Positions 1 through 10,366 of a stretch of 64,000 nucleotides of DNA are shown here, piece by piece. The stretch is taken from contig CM052818.1 of NCBI GenBank assembly GCA_028534125.1, positions 2,606,001 to 2,670,000 of the forward strand, given 5' to 3'. The notes under the pieces are model-generated. The model was not told the DNA's origin, searched no databases, and worked only from the letters and a program-made list of their open reading frames with translations. Numbering within the stretch: the first letter of the stretch is position 1; every line of letters starts with the position of its first letter. The DNA is from Lama glama (lineage: Eukaryota). Both the position numbers and the translations under genes were made by a program.

Positions 1-445
1 GGGCAAATGGTAGTTTGGACAGAGGTCTGGGGTGGTGCAACGTATGTTTATTGATCAGTACTTTCAGGAATATCAGAAGAGGACACAGAAGACCTGCTGA
101 TCAAACTCACAGGTGACAAGAAGTTGCTAGGAGTAATTAATGCATGAGGTGGCTGATTAATCGTCCCCAAAAAATCTCTTGACAAGCTGGAAAAATGGGT
201 CATATCTTACACCTGAATAGAACAGGGATGAATGCAAACTTCCGTACTTTTTTTTTTTAGTGCAATAGATACAGGGCAGGAGAGATCAATCATAAAAATG
301 CACGTGAAAAAGACAGACTTTGGGGTCCATGAGTCAGCAGTGAGATGTGACTGACCTAGGAATAATCCAATCTTAGATTCAAAGTGCCCTGTCTTGAGAC
401 AACAGCCACTCTCTATTATGCCCTGATTTGATACACCCAGAGTCA
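1..445 (+). mobile_element. Decayed CR1/L3 LINE fragment (RT region) in NAGK intron 1
   Basis: Remnant translations LLIKLTGDKKLLG (about 94-132) and LDKLEKW (about 178-198) resemble CR1 RT motifs LIKFADDTKLGG and LDRLE.W; stops are present; boundaries approximate. Confidence 0.6.
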
Positions 446-899
446 CAAAATGTTGTCACTGGCAAGGGACTTGGCGATCATTCTGTTCATCCCTCTTCTG
501 ACTTGACACATGTGGTAACTGAAGCGCAAACAGGGCAAAAGTCTAGCCCACCGTCATACCGACGGCAAGAGCTACTATCAAAAAGTCCAGTAGACAAGCT
601 TCCGAGCAGGAAATACGCAAGAATAACACAGGGTGGATCTAGAGTGAGGAGCCCGGAGTGCCGACAAGAATGGAAGGGCTTCTGGCAGCAGGACAAGCCA
701 GCAGTCTGGCTCGTCCAGCTTCAGTTCCCAGTACCCTCCGGCAAAGATCTTTGTCCGGGATTCCACACCCTCCCACTCCTCTCCCCGAGTCCAGCAACTT
801 CACACCTGACACCTGTTCTGCAAAACTCTCCCTGGGAGCAAGAATGTAAAAAAGGAGCTTCTTCAGCGGGGCCAGGTGGAGTGGGTCATCCGTGGGAGA

Positions 900-1720
900 A
901 GGGGGCGTGGTTCCGCCGCAAAACACAAAGGACCCCCCCCAAGAGGTGTGGCCGTGGCACACACAGTGCCTGCAAATCACACGACCGCGGGCGCGAGGGC
1001 ACCGCCTGGCGTGTACACACTCCTCCACGAGGCCCCGCAGCCCGAAAGCCCAAAGTGGCGGAACCCTGACAGAGGCGGGAGGCCACCAGCCTGCCGGCCT
1101 GGCCACCGCCTTCCTTCCGCCCTGCCCAGGGAGCGGCCCAGGCCGCCCCCCAGGCGCCCCTCCCTGACTCCCTCCTCGAGGCCGCACTCACCCCTCTACA
1201 CCCCCGTAGAGCGCGGCCATGCTGCTGCTACCGCCTCCGCCGCCGCGGATCCCGCCGTTTGCTTCCCTCCCGCCGGCGCTCCCCTCCCTCCAGCCCGCTC
1301 TGCACCGCCCCGCGTCACGTGAACGCCCGGCCGGTCGCGCTGAGGCCCACTGCGCCTGCGCGGGGGCGTGGTGCCCCTGCCCGCCGTCGGCCCCAGCGCG
1401 GCGGGCCGGGCGAGTCCGGCAGGCTGGGTGAGTGCGGTGCTTAGCTGCTCCTCCGGCCCTCCTCCCCACCTCCTGGGCCCCGCTTCTGGAGATGGATATG
1501 GGATCCCCAGCGGAGGAGCCAGAAAGGAGTATCCGGGTCGCATCCGCTAGACACGTCACTGACCTGCCCGCCCCATCAGTGCCCGGAAGTGGCTGGCAGC
1601 CCCGTTTGGCGCGTGCGCAGTGCTTGTGAGCCACGTAGACTGTGGGTGAAATAGTGACGCGCGCGCGGCTGGACCCCCCAGCGGTGTGTGAGGTCGGGGA
1701 GCCGGGCACGCAAGCTGGGG
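900..1720. promoter_or_regulatory. CpG island / NAGK promoter with TCACGTGA E-box (1315-1322), NRF1-like TGCGCCTGCGC (1351-1361) and ETS/GABP CCGGAAGT (1583-1590)
   Basis: High GC and CpG density around the NAGK ATG; motifs read directly; their function is inferred. Confidence 0.8.
1192..1220 (-). CDS. NAGK: N-acetylglucosamine kinase, coding exon 1 (MAALYGGVE/G); rest of gene lies left of the window
   Basis: ATG at 1220 (agcATGG context), 29 nt, then GTGAGT donor; peptide matches the NAGK N-terminus MAAIYGGVEGG; inside a CpG island; syntenic with TEX261/ANKRD53/ATP6V1B1. Confidence 0.92.
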
Positions 1721-3472
1721 GGCCGCTGGGACTCTTAAATCATTATTGCATTGTTCAGCCCAGCACCTGCTTGTCAGTGGCAGTTACACGTGCACACACA
1801 AGCACCCAGGCCGACTTTACTCTGCACTCGTGTGAATCTGCGTAACCCGGAGTAACCAGAAGTGGGCTGGGGAAGAGGAAAGCCCTGGAGGCTGTTCTTG
1901 TAAGCCCAGAGAAGGAAGCGGTATTTTTACTACGCGCTTACAAAAAAAGTTTGGTTCTTTGTGGAGGATATTGGCAGAGACATAGACTGCTTGGCGAACT
2001 GGCAGGTATGCTTTGTGAAATAAAACATTTTTTTGGCCAGGCAAAAATTTAAACAAACAAAAAGTTGTTCTTTGGCTTCCTCTTTTCCTGCTACTGTGCA
2101 TAGTGTATCTGCATTATGCATGGAGCAAACCTCCCCAAGGCAGAAACACCTGCTCAACCAAAAGAGCAACATTCTCCTAGCATCACTAAGAGAGCTCCTT
2201 AAAGGTTACATTCCTTCTTGATAAGGGGGTCACGTAGCGCTTAGATCTGGATTATGTAAACTGCCAGTAGTAACATCATTTAATGTACATCCTTCTCTCT
2301 CAAAAAACTTAATATAACTGTGACTTGACTTCTAAGGGGCAGAGCAGTACTCAGATAATTCTGAGGCGCTCCTCTGAGGTTATAATCCTCAAATTTGTCC
2401 GGAATAGAACTTCCTGTTTCTTTCCTAGGTCGACTGATTAACTTTTCGTCGACAGGTTTTATAACCTTTTGTTGCCCTCCAGCCACCACTGCATTCTTCT
2501 TCCTTCCTTGCACCAGGTCAGGACAGGGTAAGGTAGTGCAAAGAGGGAAAATACTAGCCAGGTCTGAAAATCAAGCCGGGGCTCCTCCTCCTCTGTGGGC
2601 TCATGGGGGGGGGGGGGGTGCTGGGCCCAGGAAAATAGCAGCTCGAGCTAGGAGGGCAGTCAGCTGCACTTGCTGTCTCTTCAGGAACATCAGCCTAGGG
2701 AGGGGTCTGTCGCAGGGTGGTTCTCAAGCCTGTCCCCACTCCCCCATCCATCTCTCCAGTGTGCCTGCAATCTTCTTATACAGAAACCCTGCACTAGGAG
2801 CCTCTTTCCCTGACAGCCAGCTGGATCTGGTTATGCTATGCTGTGAACGCTTGGCATGTATGTGCTTTTAAAACTGGAAGAGAGGAGTCTTTTCATTTCT
2901 TACCTACTTGGGACACAAAAACACTCCAATTTAACCCGCAAGAGTAATTAAAAAGTAAATCACATCACAGAGAATATCAGAAGGAAGGGTAGGATTTTTT
3001 TTTTTATGCCCACCTGTATCATTTACATCCATAGCATGTCAGAGCTGGAAGGTGCTTAATCCACACACACATATTTTTAGAATAATGGAAGTAATAGGTT
3101 CTGGTCAGATTAAATTGGCAGGATTTTTGAAAGGAAGGAGATTGTAGGTGGATTTTCAAAGGACGAGTAGCTTTTCATGCACTAGTGAAATGAGCCTTGG
3201 GGTCTATGTGTGTGTAGTATTAAAATTTCTCTTTGTGTTTCCTGTTAAAAAAGGAAGCAAAAGAGAAAGGTTTGAAGATAAGGATTGAGCCCACCATTCA
3301 CTAGCAGATGCTCTTCGGTGAATTACACATAATTGCCACTGCTTCTCCTCTACAAAGTGGAGATAATAAACATCCACCTACACAGACAGGATTTAAACAT
3401 CAAAAGAGTTTTGGAAACCATTAAGTACTACACAGACCTTAGCTAATTTTTATTGGCATCACTAGTTAGTAT

Positions 3473-3830
3473 GGGCTGTCCAACCCAGTAGCTACATGTG
3501 ACTACTGAGCACTTGAAATGTGGCTACTCCAAAATGAGATGTGCTGTGAGTGTAAAATACAGGAGTGCCCAGATTTAGTACCAAGTTAGAATGTAAAAGG
3601 ATCTGCAGTAATTTTTATATGAATTACTTGTTGACTTACCTTTTGAGAGCTAGTGAGTTAAAGTATATATTATTGAAATCGATTTTGCCAGTCTGTTTTA
3701 TCTTTTTTAATGTAGTTGCTAGAAATTCTTTAAAATTGTAGCATAATCAGTTTACAGTGTTGTGTCAATTTCTGGAGTGAAAGTTTTTAAATTACGCATG
3801 TGGCGCACCCATTTCTGTTGCACAGTGCTA
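3473..3830. mobile_element. MER33-like hAT-Charlie non-autonomous DNA transposon with a ~50 nt L1 3' end inserted
   Basis: Characteristic gctgtccaa...tagctacatgtgactactgagcacttgaaatgtggcta...gtgtaaaatac...ttctgttgcacagtgct; family assigned from recall. Confidence 0.7.
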
Positions 3831-5667
3831 TTCTATATTTTGTCTCCTATCCATCCAGGCCAGACGATTTCAAAGTCATTAAGTGCCTGTTTATGAAATG
3901 ACTGATTTAAAGAAGAAAACCACATTGAATAAAAGACTATATATTTGTGTTGTACATTTTAGTTCTGTAAAGCTCTTTTATGTACCTTTATCTCATTTGA
4001 TCATTCTAATAACCCTATGAAAAGATCAGATTTCTGACCACATATTACAAGTGAGGAAACTCTGAAATCAAAGTAATTAGCCTAGGTTCACAGCAATGAG
4101 AGATGTTGCTTATAATGGGTGTGGGTATTTACTGTAATGGGATGGAAATAAAGATGTTGCAATGCAGACAAGTGTTAACGACTATTTAGCTTTGTAACAG
4201 TTTAATGCCCCTTTGTACTGGGCTTGCAACATCCCAGCAGCTGCTCCTGTGATGCTTATGAGGTTGATAAATTCCTCTAAGAATCTGCAAGCCACAGTTT
4301 CATTCTCTGTCTTCTCTCCTTTGTCCCCATGACTCCAAGAAGGCCATATTTCCTTGGGGAGGGAAAGGGCAGGTAAGAGGGACAGTGGAAAAATGTCTTC
4401 CCTCCCAAATCCACTTAGAATTTCAGGGCAGAGGACTTTGGGGCCCAAGATCCTGAGCAAGTTATGTGGACTTGGTTCATGAAAGCAAAACTACATCTGT
4501 TTTTACTCACCACTGTACTTCCAGGGCTAACCTCGGTACCCGACACGTGCTGGGAGGTGCATGAAGAGTTTTGAGAGTGCTTCTAACTGTAAAGCACTGC
4601 ACCACAAACATGACGGGTAGTAAATGCCTCACTGTGAACTAAAGAACGAAGCAAGCAGATTCTATGGCAGAGGCAACTGCAAATTAGGGAGAGGAAGACG
4701 TTTGGAGAAAATAGAAGTGAAATTGTGAACTGGGGAAGCAGGAGTTGGACAAGCGGTCAGGGGGCCTCAGAGGGACTTAGCCCTAATCTGTCCTGCATTG
4801 GGAAATGGCCAGTACATGTGTGACCTCAGCACTGGGCTTCAGGATAATTAATCTGGCAGGTTTCTTATAGCAGGACAAATGGGAGGGAAGAGCCTGGAGC
4901 AGAGAGACATTTAGAAGTCAGGGACAATGGCCCAGGCAAGAGATGAACAAGGAGGTGCTAAGGGACAAGGCAGAAGTCATGGGAAAGGATGCAAGTGGAG
5001 AGGCGGGGGGTGTCCTGCTGACCTCGTCCTCTGTTGATCTAGGATGATGGTAGAGACAGACGCTGGTGTTGGCTTTCCCACAAGGAAAGAGAGGGGGTGA
5101 GGGGCGGCCTTACTAAGGGGTGGAGGGGGGCCTCTGAGGCTGGTAGCTGTAAGGCAAGAGCTCTTCCAGACCTGCAGGACCACCAGGAACAACCCAGAAG
5201 GGGCAGGATGCACACAGAAGCAGGAGTGGATGACTGACTGTACACAGTCTGCTCTTCAAGTTTCCTCTGCTTTGATCTGAGGTGGTTCTGAAAGGGGCAG
5301 TCTTAGGCCAAGGCAGCAACCCCAGAAAATCAGGTGGATTTATTCCCTCTTCCTGGGCATGTGGGTGTTTATATATGTGTTTATGTGCATGTTTTGGCTT
5401 GTATCGCTCTCTGTGTAGATGTGTGTATATTTATTTACATACTTGAACTTGTCTTTGTATGTGTTCCTAACTTTGTGTCTGAACTTGTCTTTGTATGTGA
5501 CTAAATGTGTCTACAAGGGCATGTATTTGAGATTACATCTCTGTGTATTTTTCTGTACTAGTGTATGTATAGAATTAGAATTAGCATTTCAGTTCTTAAA
5601 GGGACCTAAGCAATCCTGAATATTCAGGCACCTTTGAGCAGATACATAGTGCCCAAATGTAACTTTG

Positions 5668-5890
5668 CAGTTTGTGCTGGAGCTGGCTGGCACTAGCTCA
5701 CAAAGAGCTAATTGTGCAGATCCTTCTCCTTGCAGATCTTTCTCCTTCCTTCAGTGATATGGTGTTGGTAGCTCTAAATTGCTGTGGTGGGAATGGTTGC
5801 AACACAGAAATCAGCAACTGCTACAGATCAGGTTGTTATTATTGTTGGTTTCCGGAAAGCCGGCTGTTAAACATTTACCAGCCCACACTG
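5668..5890. mobile_element. MER63-like hAT-Blackjack DNA transposon
   Basis: Imperfect terminal inverted repeats cagtttgtgctgg ... ccagcccacactg; internal gccggctgttaaacatttaccagc typical of MER63. Confidence 0.7.
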
Positions 5891-5976
5891 GATAGATGTT
5901 TCACATGCGTGAGAACATCCTTCGTCTGTGTATAGCAGTGTAGAAGTACAAAAATGGAAGTGTGTACTTGTGTAAT

Positions 5977-6330
5977 TGAGACAGGGGAGAAGGGGGCAGG
6001 GCACAACCATTGAAGGAATGACACAGCAATTGAAGATAGGACGCAAACTGGTTAGAACCAACTCAGCCCAAGATGGTGGAAGATTCGACTTCCAGCAGTC
6101 CTTGAGCCTCATTGTAGGCTCATTGTAATACATTAGCATGCTAAATGACACACCCACAGGGACCATGACGATTCCCAGGCTGACTGTAAAAGGCCCAAAA
6201 TGGGTGTGGCCCAGTTCCTGGAAGTCCCTGCTCCTTCCTCAAGATAATTGGAATAATCCTCCTCGTTAGCATATGAAATTACCCAGCCCATAAAAACTAA
6301 CCACCCCACACACCCCAGGGCCTCTCAGGT
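5977..6330 (+). mobile_element. MER41-like ERV1 solo LTR (partial) with GAS motif TTCCTGGAA at 6215-6223
   Basis: cattagcatgctaaatgacacacccac...cagttcctggaa...gaataatcctcctcgttagcatat...cataaaaac follows the MER41 consensus order as recalled. Confidence 0.7.
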
Positions 6331-6519
6331 TGGAGTGGGTTCTGTGGAACTCAGGGTGGAGTGGGTTATGTGGACCAGACCGGAGGTCAGATTCTCCCAG
6401 AACATGCCTCCTCTGGAAGAGGCCTGGGAAGAGGGGAGCCTCATCTCTCCCAGGCTCCTGTCTTGCCCCTTAGCAAATGTGTGGAACCCGGAGCCCCCCT
6501 TTTATAAGATTTATTCCTT

Positions 6520-7070
6520 TTTAATAAATAAATAATTGTAGCTTTTATTGAGACAATTGTAGATTCATATGCAGTTGTGTGAAATACTGCAGAGAAATCC
6601 CATTCCCCTAAAGGTAACATTTTGTACAACTATAGTACAATATTGCAACCCACATATTGACATGGATACAATAATCAATATAATTTCCCCAGTTTCACCT
6701 GTAGCCATTTTCGTGTGTGTGTGTTTATGTGTGTGTGTGTGTTTAGTCCTGCAATTTTAGCACATGCATAGGTTCATGTATCCACCACCTCAGTCAAGAG
6801 ACAGAACGGTTCCATCTGCAAAGGCTCCCTCAAGTCGCCCTCTATACCTGCCCTCCCTCCCCACACCCGACTCCTGCCCTCTGGTGACTACTAATTTGTT
6901 CTCCATTTCCAAAATTCTGTCATTACAAGAATGGGATATAAATAGAACCATGCAGTGTGCAACTTTTTCTCATGCAACATCATTCCCTGGAGGTTCATCT
7001 GAGCTGTGACATGTCCCAATAGCTCCTTTTCATTGCTGAGTAGTACTCCACAGTGTGCACGTTGTATATT
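6520..7070 (-). mobile_element. Old L1 3' fragment (L1MC/MD-like)
   Basis: Antisense L1 3' UTR features: gctttattgaga...gcagttgt...ctaatttgttctccatttcc...cattgctgagtagtactcca. Confidence 0.65.
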
Positions 7071-7939
7071 TCTTTTTAGTGAAATATCTCACTCGAACAA
7101 AAATCTATGTAATGTACATAAAGGTCATAGAGTTGTGGCCTCTTATCTATGAACCCTTGAGTCTCACAGAAGAACATGAGAAATGAGGAGAAACTATGTT
7201 TTGGCACCAACCCTGGGACCCTTGCAGGTGGGTACCCTCCCAGGGCCTGCAGGGACTGTTTGCAGAGAGAGGGGGCTGATGAGAGGGGGAATGGAGTGAG
7301 GAGTTAAACCGAGCCTGAGACCAGACTAGTGCCTATTTAGACTAGGGCCTCCCTTTATGCTCAGACCTGTCGGAGAAGAGGCTGGAACAGATGGCTGCCA
7401 ATGGGGGCTGGGCAGACTCTCCTGAGAGCAAGTCACCTCCTGTTCTAGCACCATCTGTTACCCAGGGACAGGATGAGTCCAGAGCCAGTGCCAGTAGGGC
7501 TCCCTGGAGGTGGACAGAAACCTCTGAAGCTTTGTCCTTGGCTCCCGGAGCTGAACCTGTCTAGGATCTCCTTAGCAAGCACTAAGTCTCTACCTTTGGG
7601 GGTATGCAGGCAGCCCCAGCCTTGGACTGGTCGAGGCAGATGGGAGAGCCCAGCTGAAAGGAGGGACCTGGAGCCTGGGGAAGATGAAATGTGTGAGGAA
7701 AGCAGAGGCTGGGAGCCTTGTTCAGGGCATCATTACTGTCCTAACTGGCTCAGCCACTCCCTACCACAGGCCCCAAAGACTCGCCCTCCAGCCTGAGTTT
7801 TCTCCTCCCAGAATCCTGAGGGTTTGCAACCCATTTCCCAATTTATCCATCCCAGGGGCCACAGCTGCATCTTCGTGTGCTCTGTCCACCCGACCCTCTC
7901 AGGATCCTCCTAAGTGTGGACCCACACTGAAACTCAGGA

Positions 7940-8372
7940 GTGGGGAGGTGAGAAGGAGGGTCTGGGAGGGGTGACTGGGGCATTGGCTTCTGATCATCTC
8001 CATATGACTTGATCAGGCTAGGGGTGGGCAGACAAGGGTCTCACAGACTGGCTGGGGAGGCAAGGTGTCAACTCCTGGAGAGTTCAGTAAGCCCAGACAT
8101 CATAAGGAGGCAGTAAATGAGCCCCGTGAGGACCATGGACTCTGGGTGCAAACAGGAGGCCAGCACAAGGATGTGCTGGAGCACCCAGGAAGGCTCCCTG
8201 GAGGAGGGATGTTAAGTGGGTCTTGAAAGACTGGTGGGACCTGGATGGGCAGACAGAATGGGCAGGAAGAACGCTGTGAGTAGGGGAGGAGGGTCTGTGC
8301 AGGGCAGGGGGCCAGGATGAGCAGAGTTCTTAGGGTTCCAGAGCCATGATTTCAAGCGCCACGTGTTGGGGT
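7940..8372 (+). repeat. Copy 1 of an old ~430 bp direct duplication (partner 12920-13352)
   Basis: Colinear with copy 2: gtggggaggtgaga..ggcttctga.catctccat..gggtctcacaga..gctggggaggcaag..gtcaactcctgga..ggagcacccaggaaggct..ggggaggagggtctgtg..ttccagagcca.gatt. Confidence 0.85.
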
Positions 8373-8579
8373 GGGAGATAGAGCCAGACAGCTTTCCTTC
8401 CCTTCTCCACCTGCCCAGGAGGCTCTGCCAGTGTGACCTGCAGGGTGAGAGACAGAAGAGGAAGGGCTGGCTAGTAGCTTAACCAGTTAAGCTTTCACGG
8501 CGCCCTGCAGGTCTCAGAGGGCTCCTCGGGCTCCTTGGAGACAATCCCTGCTGTTTCAATACCTGCTAAGAAATAGCAA

Positions 8580-8664
8580 GACCAATGGTCTGGTTTGCTC
8601 AGGACTGAAGGAGTTCCTGCCGCGTGGGACTTTCAGTTTTAAAAGTGGGATGACTTGGTCACCC
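8580..8664. mobile_element. MER81-like hAT-Blackjack element
   Basis: gaccaa..gtctggtttgctcaggactga...gggactttcagt..taaaa...ttggtcaccc matches the MER81 pattern. Confidence 0.65.
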
Positions 8665-10254
8665 CATGAAAAAAAACCCTTCCGGGGAGGAGTCCTAATG
8701 CAAGTCTGAGCGAGTCATTCGCCTCAGTGACCCGTGGCAGATTGATTCTGTGGTTTGGTTTTCAGTTCTATAAAATTGTCTTCCAATAATTTAGGAGACC
8801 AGGATTTATATGTCACTGCAAATAACAGAAAGAGGTATCATTCCCCGGTCAGTTTAGCAGTGTTTCCCCGTGGTGTCCCCTCGGGGGATGTTAATTGGTT
8901 CTTCCAGAACAAAGTGCTCCTGTGGTCGCTGGGAACCCGGAGTCCTTTCAATCTTCCCACCCAGCCCTTACCTTGGAAAGTCCCTCTGCCCATCAGTACA
9001 TTAAGGCTCAGAAAAGCCCCAAAGGAGAGAAACCCATTTCATCCTGTTTAATGGCTCAGTAAACAGTGTTATTTGCACGAAAGGAGTCTTGTTTCTCAAG
9101 AGGTATTAAGTCCCCAATATATAGATCTAAAGGATCACCTACTGTATGGTCCTGGAGACCCTAAAGCAACTCAATGACATGGACAGATTTTAAGGATAAT
9201 CCAGCTGAAAGTGTAATTTCTATTCTTGTTCAATTTCCCTTTCTGTCTTCCTTCCTCCTTTTCTTTCTTCCTTTCAATAGTCTACTGGCTTTTCAAAGCT
9301 GGACTTTTTGACTCTCCAACATGCCTCACCCTAAAGCCTCAGGTCTGAACTTTGTTTCCCTCTGGGTGGAGCCACCAGCTGCCCCGACCACTTCCTGGGG
9401 CCAGACCATCTCTGCTGGAGGCCGGAGGCCTGGGCAAGATGGACAAAGCTGCGCCCCCGCAGGGTGGGAGGATCGGGGTGGCACTTCTCAACTCCTTCCT
9501 CTTACCTCCTTCCCTGGGGCCGCCTAGAATCTTCCCCAAGATACTGGCTCAGTAAGACGTTGGCCTGCCCCAGCCTCCTCTGACCCCTCAGAGGGAAGGG
9601 CAAGGTGGCTTTTGGACCCAGCCCAAGAGGTGTTACCTGTCTCTTGTGGGCCTCTCCCAGCATCCTGCCTCTCCCTGAGTGGGGGGCTATATCAAAGGAG
9701 GCCATTGGAGTTGTTGATCAGGTGGGGATTTTTTTTTTTCAGTCATGAACCCCTTAGCTGGAGCATTGAGGGAAGAAAGGCATGCTATAGCCCAAATATG
9801 CCTGGAGCCCTGTAGTCCCCTGAGTAGGGCAGATGGGGAAAGGACGGAGCCTTAGGTTGCAAGAGCAGGCCAGAGCAGCAGGAAGGGAGACTTGCAGGAG
9901 GAGGCAGGATCTGAGGATGGCTTGGAGAGTGAGAGTATGCTAGACCCAAACTGGGAGGAGGCCTGGGCCCTTGTAAAACTGTGAAGGCGTACACATTCGC
10001 CTCTGGAGTCATGAAAACTAGGAGCGAGGTGAGCACTCCTGGTTGGAAGCCAGGTTCTAAGATTTCTCAGGCCGGGGCACCACCCCAGTCTCCACCCTCA
10101 AGTCCCACTGGGAGGAAAATCGGATAAATCAGCACCCATGGAGGATCCGAGTCTGGGCTGAAGAAAAGCCACTTCATCTTCCCCAGATTCCTAACATCTG
10201 GGGATGGCAACAAGCTGGGGCAGCTGCTTCTCCTCAAAGTGGAAAATCTCTGGT

Positions 10255-10366
10255 AGGGAGGGTTCAGCTCAGGGGAAGAGCACATGCTTAGTATACATGA
10301 GGTCCTGGGTTCAAGCCTCAGTGCTGGCATTAGAAAAAATTTCTTTTGATTAAAAAAAAAAATAAA
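10255..10366 (+). mobile_element. tRNA-derived SINE, Vic-1 type (camelid)
   Basis: gggagggt.cagctcag.gg.agagcacatgcttag..tacatgaggtcctgggttcaa (A/B boxes), A-rich tail, imperfect TSD gaaaatctctgg / ggaaatccctgg. Confidence 0.8.

Noticed and set aside
428..1709. Many overlapping 100-213 aa ORFs around the NAGK promoter (likewise 19547-20543)
   Set aside because: GC-rich CpG-island sequence has few stops; only MAALYGGVEG and MWFMYVLS... are recognisable coding exons.
5444..5499. 20 bp direct repeat tgaacttgtctttgtatgtg x2
   Set aside because: Local slippage in a TG-rich low-complexity tract; only two units, not an array.
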